DNA of 35,996 nucleotides from Thraustochytrium aureum (Eukaryota). The notes under the pieces are model-generated. The model was not told the DNA's origin, ran no database searches, and was given only the letters and a program-made list of their open reading frames with translations. The position numbers and the translations under genes are program-made. The DNA is taken from contig BLSG01000137.1 of the NCBI GenBank assembly GCA_012862495.1, forward strand, positions 75,794 to 111,789, written 5' to 3'. Every line of letters starts with the position of its first letter. The stretch's first letter is position 1. Positions 1 through 10,800 of the stretch are shown in pieces.

Positions 1-603
1 GCTGCTACAGGAGGGCGCAAGGTCAAGGTTTGGGACGTTGTCTCCGGCGACCCCCTCCGCACGATAGACGCCTTCTCCAAGTGTCTTTCCCTCGATGTGA
101 ATGAGCAGGGGTCGCTCTTGGTCACGGGCCACGCCGACAAGTCTATCAGGCTCTGGGACTTGCGCACTGCCAAACGTGCTGCAGTTCAGCAGGGTTTGCA
201 CAAGGCGCCAATCACGTGCGTGAGCTTTTCGCCGGATGGCCAGCGCGTGCTCACGTGCTCCATGGACCACTCGCTGGCCATTCTGGACGTCGCCAAGATG
301 GGAGAGACAGCCCCGCCGGAGCGGGTCCTCTTCCACCAAGAGTTTCGTGTCAATCCCTGGTGGTGCAAGTCCACGTTTAGCCCCGGCCTCGACTCGACCG
401 GGTCGCTACTTGTGGCATGCGGCTCCAAGACCGGGAGCCTGCACATTTGGAGCGCGGGCTCAGGCGAGCATCTCTACAGCCAAAAGGCACACGCAGACGC
501 CGTCTCGTGCACTGCGTGGAGCCCAACCGCCGGGCAGCTTGCCACGTGCGACGCGCAAGGCGGAATCATGCTCTGGACTGCGCCAAAGCGGTCTGCCTCA
601 TAG
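1..603 (+). CDS. ATG16: WD40-repeat protein, C-terminal part, ATG16/ATG16L1-like (5' truncated by window edge)
   Basis: Frame is open from base 1 (AATGGRKVKVWDVVSG...) to TAG at 601-603. The sequence TGHADKSIRLWDLRT...LTCSMDHSLAILD...FRVNPWWCKSTFSP...ACGSKTGSLHIWS...AVSCTAWSP...MLW parallels the last WD repeats of ATG16L1 (SGHFDKKIRFWD...SCSRDD...WTRVVFSP...AGSAEGSLYIWS...AWSP). Confidence 0.65.
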   Translation, partial: AATGGRKVKVWDVVSGDPLRTIDAFSKCLSLDVNEQGSLLVTGHADKSIRLWDLRTAKRAAVQQGLHKAPITCVSFSPDGQRVLTCSMDHSLAILDVAKMGETAPPERVLFHQEFRVNPWWCKSTFSPGLDSTGSLLVACGSKTGSLHIWSAGSGEHLYSQKAHADAVSCTAWSPTAGQLATCDAQGGIMLWTAPKRSAS

Positions 604-634
604 AGGCGGCTCCGCGAGCTGGAGCTGCCCACCA

Positions 635-999
635 CTACCACCGACACCAACCTAATGACTTTGCCGCTCTACCCGCGAGCGCTCGAACACTCGTACTGCA
701 ACCGGTGGCGCCCGCAACGTGACGCCGCAGCGTGAGCAGCGACCGGCAAATCGCAAACGAACCGATCAAGCCCAAGACGGTGGCACGATTAGAAACGCCA
801 ACTCGCGGCGCAAATCGCGGCGCAACGTTTCGAAGCTTGACTTCAAATCAAGAAGCTCGAGTTGCGCGATCTTGATTTCCCAAGAAGCTCGAGTTGCGCG
901 TCCGTCCCGTCCCGTCGCTTCCCGATCAAGGCCAGCAACAGCAGCCACTGCTTCCACGGCCGTCGACATGATAAGGTCGCGCTCGGCAGCCCAATCCAT
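635..999 (-). CDS. Putative small coiled-coil protein with C-terminal transmembrane helix (frame break near 784; start uncertain)
   Basis: ORF 766-999 ends with a coiled-coil-like stretch EIKIAQLELLDLKSSFETLRRDLRRELAFLIV. Adding one base near 784 continues it as ATVLGLIGSFAICRSLLTLRR...W to TAG at 637-635, giving the hydrophobic run LAFLIVATVLGLIGSFAIC. Confidence 0.4.
849..900. repeat. 20-bp direct repeat CAAGAAGCTCGAGTTGCGCG, two copies 32 bp apart
   Basis: Exact copies at 849-868 and 881-900, overlapped by the 9-bp inverted repeat AAATCAAGA (845-853) / TCTTGATTT (870-878). Confidence 0.9.
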
Positions 1000-1179
1000 C
1001 GCAGGACCCTGATCACTTCCGTCCAGCGCTCGCCCAGAACCCGCTCGCCCCGCAGCCCCGGTACGAGCAGCAGCTCATCATCCTGTTGGGTGGGACCTCA
1101 GCATTGAAGCGGCTGGCTGGCGGTTGCTCGAGCCAGGTGGGCCCTGGCCTCGCTCGACATCCTCGGCCACGCACCGGCA

Positions 1180-1226
1180 GGCTGGCTGGCTGGCTGGCAG
1201 GCTGGCAGGCTGGCAGGCGGGCAGGC
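1180..1226. repeat. Imperfect GGCT/GGCA tetranucleotide microsatellite in an intergenic region
   Basis: gctggctggctggctggcaggctggcaggctggcaggcgggcaggc lies between the small minus-strand gene and the giant plus-strand gene. Confidence 0.8.
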
Positions 1227-1676
1227 GAGCGGGTACAGTGAGTGCCGGCGGCGCGCCATCGCGGCTGCCAGTTGCGCTCCGGCGGCTTGGCGGGGGCGTT
1301 CTGCGTGTGGGTCGCGCCGGATACAAACGCTCTCGAGAGACGGCCTCGACAGAGACNNNNNNNNNNNNNNNNNNNNNNNNNNNNNNNNNNNNNNNNNNNN
1401 NNNNNNNNNNNNNNNNNNNNNNNNNNNNNNNNNNNNNNNNNNNNNNNNNNNNNNNNNNNNNNNNNNNNNNNNNNNNNNNNNNNNNNNNNNNNNNNNNNNN
1501 NNNNNNNNNNNNNNNNNNNNNNNNNNNNNNNNNNNNNNNNNNNNNNNNNNNNNNNNNNNNNNNNNNNNNNNNNNNNNNNNNNNNNNNNNNNNNNNNNNNN
1601 NNNNNNNNNNNNNNNNNNNNNNNNNNNNNNNNNNNNNNNNNNNNNNNNNNNNNAGAGGACCTGCGGGTGCGAGAAG

Positions 1677-1848
1677 ATGAGGGCTAAGGCGCTGTACGAC
1701 TTTGACGCGCAGAACAGCGACGAGGTTAGCCTCAAGAAGGGCGATCTTGTGGAAGTCACGGACGCGACGGATATCTCAGGGTGGTGGGCGGGTCGCAAGA
1801 TCGGCGGCGGCGAGGGGCTCTTCCCACGAGACTACGTCCAGGTTATTG
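1677..1848 (+). other. SH3 domain 1 of the giant protein
   Basis: AKALYDFDAQNSDEVSLKKGDLVEV...GWWAGR...EGLFPRDYV carries the canonical ALYDF, WW and GLFPxxYV SH3 motifs. Confidence 0.95.
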
Positions 1849-4800
1849 AGGAGTCTGCGGTGGCTCCAGCCGCTGCCCCTGTGGCTGATGCCGTCGTGGC
1901 TCCGCAAGCACAGCCCGTTGCCTCGAGTACAACTGCGAGTACCACTGCGAGAACCAGCGGGGCCCCGCAAAGCCCAGAATGGTTCGCAGTGCGCGCGCTG
2001 TGGGATTTCGAACCCTCGGCGTCTGACGAGCTCCTGCTGAAGAAAGGCGACACTCTCGAAGCGCGGCAGACTGAAGACCAAGAGTGGTGGTATGGAACCA
2101 TCCGCGGGCGGTCCGGGATGTTTCCCAAAAACTACACCGAGGTAATCACTGGCGGCGGTGGTAGCGCGCCGGCCCCGGCCGCGTCCACGCCGGTCGCGTC
2201 CGTGGCGCCGGCTCAGCAAGCGCCGATGCCGTCCCAGAGCCCCGCCTCAAACCAAGCGCAACTTTCTGCTCAAACCCCAGCAGCAGCAGCGGAGGCAAGG
2301 GTGGCACAGACGAGCGGGTTTGTGTTTGGGCGCGTCCCAGTCTGGAAGCACCCCGGGTTTCTTGGGCATGGTTGCAGACCGGTACATCAACGGCACTTGG
2401 CCGCCAACCCCGACAGCAGAGTTTGCATCGATCGGAATGTCGCTCGAGTTTTTTGGGATCGCCCTCGACCGGCTCGTGAAGAAGTTTGGCGACAAGTGGG
2501 GCCTCCGAGGCGCGCGGCAGGCCTTTTCCGTGGCGAGCTGGGTCGTCGGCAATCTGCCACTGCAAGCTCAAGACAGCGCAAGCGCGTTCCATGCCTTCCT
2601 CCACGGGTTTGTGCAGCGCGTGCGCGGTATGCGTGAAGGAGACGTAATCGCGTTTCCCGCGGGCTGGACTGCAGAGCAGACGAACGAGGTGAACGACGAC
2701 TCGTCCGACTCGTCCGACTCGGAGGGCGAAGCAGGGTCGAGCGGCGCGGCAGCAGCAACAAAGCGCGGCCGCAAGTTGAGCAAGGACAACGGGACCGATC
2801 TTGGTGGCGGTGCGGACGGCGCGCGCTATCCGGCCAGCGGGTCCACGATCGCTCGGTCCGAACGAGGTGTCGAGTCTCACGTTGTCATGGTGGTGCTCCA
2901 GCGCCAAGCCAACACGTTCTCCCTTAGCGTTTGCAACGTGGGCCACCCACGCGCAGAACAAGAGCAGCAAGAGCTGCAAAGCGCAGCGCAGGACGCTGGC
3001 AAGAGCAGATGGGACGGCTTCGACTACCACAACGCCAGGCTGGACGAGGGCACGGGTAAGATGAAGCGCAATCTCGCGCTCACGATCGACGAGATCCCAA
3101 GCTGGCGGCTCACCGACTCTTCGTTTTGGTTTTTACTGTTCCGACTCAAAATCTGGTCCAGCGCGAAGAACTCTGCCAAGCTGCTCTACGAGACGCTCCT
3201 GACGTACCTCAACGCACGACCGCTCTACATGAACCGCAACTCGTACGACTTGACAACGATGGACCTGCGCACGCAGCGCGACGTGGCGGACGGGTCGTTT
3301 TCCACCTGCTGAAAACGGCGTTCCGCGGGGTGCTACTGCGCCTCGGGTTGAACCACTACCAGGCCAAGCACGTGTCGCTGCTGGTCCGCCAAGAGGTTTG
3401 NNNNNNNNNNNNNNNNNNNNNNNNNNNNNNNNNNNNNNNNNNNNNNNNNNNNNNNNNNNNNNNNNNNNNNNNNNNNNNNNNNNNNNNNNNNNNNNNNNNN
3501 NNNNNNNNNNNNNNNNNNNNNNNNNNNNNNNNNNNNNNNNNNNNNNNNNNNNNNNNNNNNNNNNNNNNNNNNNNNNNNNNNNNNNNNNNNNNNNNNNNNN
3601 NNNNNNNNNNNNNNNNNNNNNNNGGCGCGCTGCGCGAGGGCGACGCCATACTCGTGCGCCTCGCCTGCAGACAGCTGGCGGATAATGCGGCCAAACGCAG
3701 CCAAGAAGGCGAGCTGTCCCCAACCAACTCGCAACAGCTGCAGGAGGTGGCTGCACTAATAAACGACATCGACGCGCGGGTCGCACAGGGGCTTGGCCCG
3801 CTCGAGGACCTCCGCCTGCCCCCCGAGCTAAACCTTGCCAACAAGGGTCAGGTAGCTTGGGGAGCCTGCTTGCCCATGTTTGGCCAGTTCCGCCGAGATT
3901 GCAGTGTCGAGTTCCTCGCCGGCGAGAGCCGCGTTCCGCCCATCTTGCGCCCGGTCGTGATCACGGACGTGGACGCTCGCGTGGTGGACTTTAACGACGT
4001 TGCTCGCGCGCTGCGGCACTGCGTCAATGTCTGCACTTTGCTGGACAACCAAAAGGGCATGATCCGCAACACCTACTGCATCCGCGTCGCCCTGATCCAG
4101 CACCTTTTCACCCAAGTGATCCCCCTGCCCCTAGCGCGGGACGATCCGCGCCGCGCCGACCACTGCTTTTGGTACTCGCGCGGAATGCGGTACGAGACGC
4201 AGGCTGACATCCTTCGCCTGCTCGAGCTTGTGGGCCGCCACTTTGTCTCCGCCGCGCTGTCGATTCGCATAACGCGGAGCTTTGACGCGGCGCGCATCAT
4301 CACGATGGCCTGCATCGCCACGGTCGCAGACGCGGTTGTGCGGATCTGCGCATGCGACATCCCCTCGCAGTTCTCGCTGCATTATGACGGCCAGGCCCCA
4401 GGCCCTGTTCACCCGTTTGCCTTCGAGATCGGGTACTTTGTGGAAGAGTCTGGGTTCTTGTCCTTCCCAGATCCATACCTCACAACTGCGCGCACCCAGG
4501 TGCTTGACTACTTTGCCGCGCTCAAAAGCACGGTGCGCGGCGACCACCTCGTCTTCCGCTTCGAGTACTCGATGGGTTTTGGCATTGGCGAGTATCGCTT
4601 GCTTGACCAGCTCTGCGTGCAGATGGGCTTTGCGCGGGGGCCTGCAGGCGGGCGCCCCGGCCCGGGGCCCGTTCGCGACGCTGCGCGTTACCTCACCGGA
4701 GAGGATCCCGCCTTGGTAGACCACTACCCCGAGCTGGCGTTGTTCCGCGACATTGTCTTTCTCTTTAAGGCGCTCCTGTCGCCAACCGCGTCCTCGCTCC

Positions 4801-7800
4801 CGGAGCTTCGCGAATGGAAGGCGACGGACGCGAGGCTGTTTTGGGCTGTGGGGAAGAAGATAGACCCGGACGATGTTGGCGCGATGCTGCAGGCTGACGC
4901 CGCGTCCAAGGCCGGCGTGACGCTGGACGTTGCCGGGTTCGGCAAGCAACGCCTCGAGTGCGCGGCATACGTGCGCACGTATGTACACGAGTCTCTTCAG
5001 CAAAAGTCCACGCTGCAGTCCTTCCTCGACTTCATCGGGCTCGGCGGCTCCAACCAGCCGCGCGCTCCGCCCTCTGGCGCCAACCCGTCCAGCCTTGTTG
5101 GGCAGGAGATTCGCACCGAGGACGATGTTTTGCACATTCTGCGCCTCCCAGACTTTGGCGGCCGCATCCGCGCCCGGGACAGCGAGCTTTTAATCCAGTA
5201 TCTCACCGTACCGTACATGCGAATCCCGCTCGTGCTGCAGTTCTTTGCAGACCAGATGCGCATCGGCGCACTCGCGGAGCCGCAGCTGCAGGGGATCCTG
5301 GACGCCTGCCTCTTCGAGCCGAGCGTGTGGCAGGGGCCGGGCCCCGTGGAGGAGCCCACAACAGTCCAGCGCGTACCCGAGCGCACCTGGCGACTCCAGT
5401 GGGTCTGCTCTTCAACGAGCTTCAGCACACGCCCAAGGTGGTCCTGGACGCCGTGGAGAACATGCTCTTCTACGCAATCGAGCTCGACGTGGGGCGCTAC
5501 TCCCCGAACGTGTCGCAGGTGATCCTCTACGTGACGCGCCTCGTTGTGCGCGTTTTGGAGTACGTATCCTTCTTGGTCGAACACTACGCCTTGGAGGACA
5601 GAATCAAGTCTGGCTCGCACGAGGCCGCTCAGGTCACCTCGCGCTCGGGGGCGCAGGCGCTCGTCCGCGGCCTCTATCAGCCGGGAACCGCGGAGAACCT
5701 CGTGTACCTTCGGGCGATGCGCGCCAAATTGCGCGAGAAGTTGGACTCGTCAATCTACCCCATGCTTGAGCAGTGGTGCAAGGTCGCTGTCAAGAACCGC
5801 GAGATGCAGCTCGCCTGCGTGTTCCACTCCCACATGGCCTACCTCTATCTTGGCGCCCACGAGAGCCAGCTAAACAGGCGCACGGTCTCGGCCATTCTCA
5901 TCAGCTACATCTTTGTCAGCGTCAACTTTCGGTTCAACGTCGAGGTTGGGGACACGCCGGTTGAGCACGAGGTCGCCCAGTCTGCTGCCGCACAGCAGGG
6001 CGCTGTGTCCAACAAAAAGGCGAAATCGAGCAGCGGCAAGGGCGCCCGGGCCGAGGACGACGACGCCTTGCACCTCGGCCTCTCGCCCACTGAGTTCTTT
6101 TCTCTGTACCAAAAGAATCGCCGCAACATTCTCGCCTGGCTCACCGCCAACCCGCGCGATTGCGACCAAGTCATGGAGTCTATCGTTCAAGTCATCAGTC
6201 TCACGGACAAGCCGGCCTTTGCCAAACCCGACGGCTCCGACAAGGGCGACCTGGAGCGCGCCGCGCGCCACTGGTGCTTTCCTGAGATCAGCGGCGGTGT
6301 CGGGCGCTTCATGCCGGATACCGAGGTCAAGGAGCTCGCCCGCTGCCTCGACAGCGCGCTCGATGTCAAGGATTTTGAGGAGTGGATGAGGGTAACTACC
6401 ACGCAGAGCGTTGACACGGAGATCAACGTGCAGCTCGGCGAGTTCACCTTGAAAAAGCACCCCATGAAGCTTTTGGAGGACAAGTTTGTCACCCAGGAGG
6501 ACTTTAGGCAGGTTTTTGGCGACGTTGACCCTGCACAAGGTCACGGAGTGCAGTGCGCCGAGGTCAAGGACACAAGCAAGCGTGACTGGAAACGGCTCAT
6601 CGGGCGGCGACACGATGTCCAGCTCTGGACGCCAGACACGCGCATAGATCGACCCAATCCGTACGACCGCCCCTTCCCGGCCGGCCTCGACGCATCGGAG
6701 GCGTGGATTTCGCGCACCCTCTTGCCGTACGCACGGTCCATCCTCAAGCACGTCGAGCTTTACCTCCCGCGCGCTTCGTTTGGGACGCAGAGCTTTGCTT
6801 CCCTCGCCGGCTGCGTCCGCCAGCCAAGCCCTCCTCCCGCGCAAGACGGCCCGAGCGGCGCGGCCGGCGCGACGCCCGAGGTGCTGCTCCCACCAACCAT
6901 GCTTGAGGTCATTGTTTTCCAAGCACCGCCAACTGTGCACGTGTTCCAAGTGCTGGAGCACGGCCGACGCTTTTACCGGTCGCTGATCTACAGCTCGGAC
7001 ACGAGCTTTTGCTTGGGCGACTTTGGCGCCCAGCCTTCGCTGGACTGGTCAAGCAGCGGTCTCAAAATGTCGGTGGGGTCGGTCCCGACGGCGCCCTCCG
7101 TGCCGGCGCAATCGCTTGTGATCACGCGCAACTTGACCAAGGAACTGGGGCTGCAAGAGTACATCCCGTCTCGGCTTCTCAAAGGCCTCCTGCCAGAGGC
7201 ACTTCTCGAGGAGTACGAGTTCTGGCAAAACGTGGAGGACAAGTCGCTCTCTGGATTTGAGCGCGCCCAGCATTCCGGAGAACCCCAGGCTGGCGAGGGT
7301 CGCGGAGCGGACGATGGAGAAGGCGGTGGCACTAGCACCAGCAACAACAGCGTCTCTAGGCTTCGGTCCAGGCTGCACGTGGAGATCATTCCCCACGGCC
7401 CCGACGACACGACCGGGTTTGGAAACTCAAAGGCTTACGCAATTGTGCGCCGCTACATCGCTGTGGACGGAGGCCGCGGTCCTCCCCGCGAGGAGTGCCA
7501 CACGTTGCTCAACTGCCTGCACGCCCCAAAGCACAGTCCGCTCAAGCAGCTGACCCAGATCCTCATGCGCCTCGAGAACTTGAGCCACATCTTGGTTTGG
7601 ACAGTCAAGCCAGTGGCGAAACCCGACGAGGTCTGCAGCATCGACCTTGTTGAGCTGCCGCGCGTGCGCCTCTCATTCAGGCTACAGGTCGAGCGCGTAC
7701 AGGAGCAGCAGCTGCAAGCGCAGTCGAGTTCTGGCGGAGGCGGAGACGGCAGCAACCCGGCGCTCAAGCTCTTTTGCCAAGAGCACACGGGTCTGTACAT

Positions 7801-10800
7801 TTCTTCGAACCGGGACCCGATGGTAGCCAGGCTGCTCAAGGGCCTCCCGCATGCCGTTCTTTTGGAGAACTGGAAAGGCGAGCTGTTCATCCTCCTCTCG
7901 GCAAGCGCGGTCCCAACGCGCCCGATTCGCACAGGGTCGATCTTCAGCACCGAGCTGCTGCTGGACCGAACGAATGCTGCCTGGAACGCCAACCTTGGGG
8001 ACGTGCGCCACTACTTGTACCCAGTGCACATCTCGCGAGCGTTCCTCTTCACGCCAACGCTGAGCTCGGCCCTCTACATGTTTCTGATGCGGCTCATGGC
8101 GCGCCAGTACGAGCTGGCCTTTCGCCTTGCCGACAGCTGCGTGACCGACACGCCGCTCAGTGGCGAAGAGGAGCAAATCGTCGACCTGCTCGGCACACTC
8201 AACGCAGACATGCACCCCGACGCGCACGCGTGCCGCCTTAAGCTGAGCCTGGTCACTTTGGGCTGTTCAGACATCATGCGCGTCCCTTGGGACCTAGTTC
8301 AGGAGATGTCCATGTATGCTACAAAGCACCGCAGGGTCAGCGCCACGTGCCGGCTCACGGTGTCGGACGAGCTGACCCTCCTGGACGAGATTGCGCTTCG
8401 CGCCCCGGGCCGCAACCTTCTCCGCGCTTCAAAGCGCAACAGTGGCACACTGCTGTTCAACCGGCGAGCTCTGCTCAACGCCATGCAGTTGACGCTCTTG
8501 GGCCAGATCGGGCGCCCCGAGTCGGATGAGCTCGTCGTGGTGCACCCTGGCAGGCCGCGCACCGAGCTTGTCTTTGACCAGATCCGCGACGAAACCGCGC
8601 TGGGAGGATCGCAAAAACGCGTCGTCCTGGCGCAAGACACTTCGCGCGTTCTCCTCGCTCAAGCCAATGTCGTATGAGCGGCCGGAAGGGAACGTGACGG
8701 GGGTGCGGGCGCTGCACCTCTTCGAGGACCTCGTCAAGGGCGGGGTCTCGGTTCGCGGGGGGAGGTCCTCCAAGGGGTTTCCGTTCCTGTACGAGCTCAT
8801 GACCGGGTCGCTCCAGGTCCGCATCTTGGAGGATGACAACTGCTACAACTGGGGGTGCGCTTTGCTCCACCTCATGCCCGTGCGCAAGTTTACGAAAACG
8901 CAGACAATGACCTCTGTGCTCCGTATACTTGCCTACAATGCAGAGCTGGTGCGCGAGATGCCGCGCTACGAGGACGACCGAAAGCACAAGCTGACGATTA
9001 TCTTCAAGGGCCAAAACGTGATTCAGCGCCTGCTGGAGAAGTGCAACACCACGCTGCGCTCCAAGGCGGCGCTCATCAAGTGGCCGCCAACGAACACGCA
9101 GTACCCGCCATGGCGACCGGGGACGCACGTTTCGCTCCCGCTGGCTCCCAACCTTCGCCGGGACCGAGCGTGGCTCGCTCCGCGGGTGCTGGACCTAAGC
9201 CTCGACTCGCGCTCGTTTGCCCCCCTGGAAGCCAGCGCCTCCGACGGCGTCGCAGTCGGACTCGACGCGGTAGAGGCGCAGGCTCTCGCTGGCTCGCCGA
9301 TGAGCACGCTTGGCCTCGAACGACTCGTGTCGTGGCACACGCGCGAAAGCCTTGGGCTCGCCCCCATTGCGCTTGCATCGCGCTCGGGCAAGCTCTTGGA
9401 CGTGGACAGCCACGCAGTGGCGCGCTCGCACATCGCGATCGACTTGCTTGAACGCATGCGGGCGGACGCGTCGGCGTACGAGGCGATCACGAACGGGGCC
9501 AAGGTGGCCCGCCTTCGCGACCGCTCGCAAGTGGAGCAGCTCATCCTCAAGCTCGAGCAGCTCTACGNNNNNNNNNNNNNNNNNNNNNNNNNNNNNNNNN
9601 NNNNNNNNNNNNNNNNNNNNNNNNNNNNNNNNNNNNNNNNNNNNNNNNNNNNNNNNNNNNNNNNNNNNNNNNNNNNNNNNNNNNNNNNNNNNNNNNNNNN
9701 NNNNNNNNNNNNNNNNNNNNNNNNNNNNNNNNNNNNNNNNNNNNNNNNNNNNNNNNNNNNNNNNNNNNNNNNNNNNNNNNNNNNNNNNNGATGTCCAGCC
9801 TGGGAGACCTGCACCTTTGCCAGCTCAACCCGTTTCTGGGCAAGGAAACGCTTGCAGAGGTGCACGAGCTCGCAACGGGCCTGCTCTTGCGCGTGAACCG
9901 CATGGCCCAGACGTTGCGCTGCATTGGGGCTGCCCACGACTTGCACGAGGCCCTTTCAGCATGCGAGCCCGAGGCGGCCGTGGCGCTCAAGAGCTCCGCG
10001 CTCGTGGACCAGCTCGTCGCAAAGCGGCACTATGTCGAGCAGCCCGCCACACCGGGGGACAAGTACAAGTACGACCCGCGCTTCCTCGTGTTTTGAGTTT
10101 ACGTACAGCATCCTCTTGCGCGAGTCGCAGGTCCGGCTCGTGCGGGACTTTATGGGGTCCTTGGCCAAAGGCGAGTCGCGCTGCCACCAGATGATCATGG
10201 GGGCTGGAAAGACGACCGTGGTTGGGCCCTTGCTCGCCCTGCTGCTGGGGGACGGCAAATCGCTCGTGGTCCAGGTTGTGCCCAACGCGCTGCTCGAGTT
10301 TTCGAGGGCGGTGATGCGGGACAAGTTTTCGGCCGTGATCCAAAAGCCGGTCTACACCTTTGCGTTTGACCGGTTCACGGCGATTTCGAGAAACATGTAC
10401 CGCAAGCTCTTAATCGCGCGCAAGTCGCGCGCGGTGGTCTGCACAACGCCCACCGCGCTCAAAAGCTTCTTCCTCAAGCTGCTGGAGGCGTCGCACACCT
10501 TGGACGCGGCCAAGTACGGCACGGCAGAGGACGTGAGCCGCGCCCCGAGCAGCTTGCGGTCGTTTTTCCAAGAGGCCATCTTTCGCCTGGGAGGCGGCGA
10601 GGAAAAGGGCCTCACGCCTGCCGACACGGACCGCCTACACGAGCAGATGCAGCTGAGCGCCAAAGTGCTCGACTTGTTCCGCGAGGGCGTCTTGCTGCTT
10701 GACGAGGTGGACCTTATCCTGCACCCGCTGCGGTCCGAGCTCAACTGGCCGATCGGGAAGAAGGTGCCCCTCGATTTTACGCGCAGCCACGTGCAGGGCA

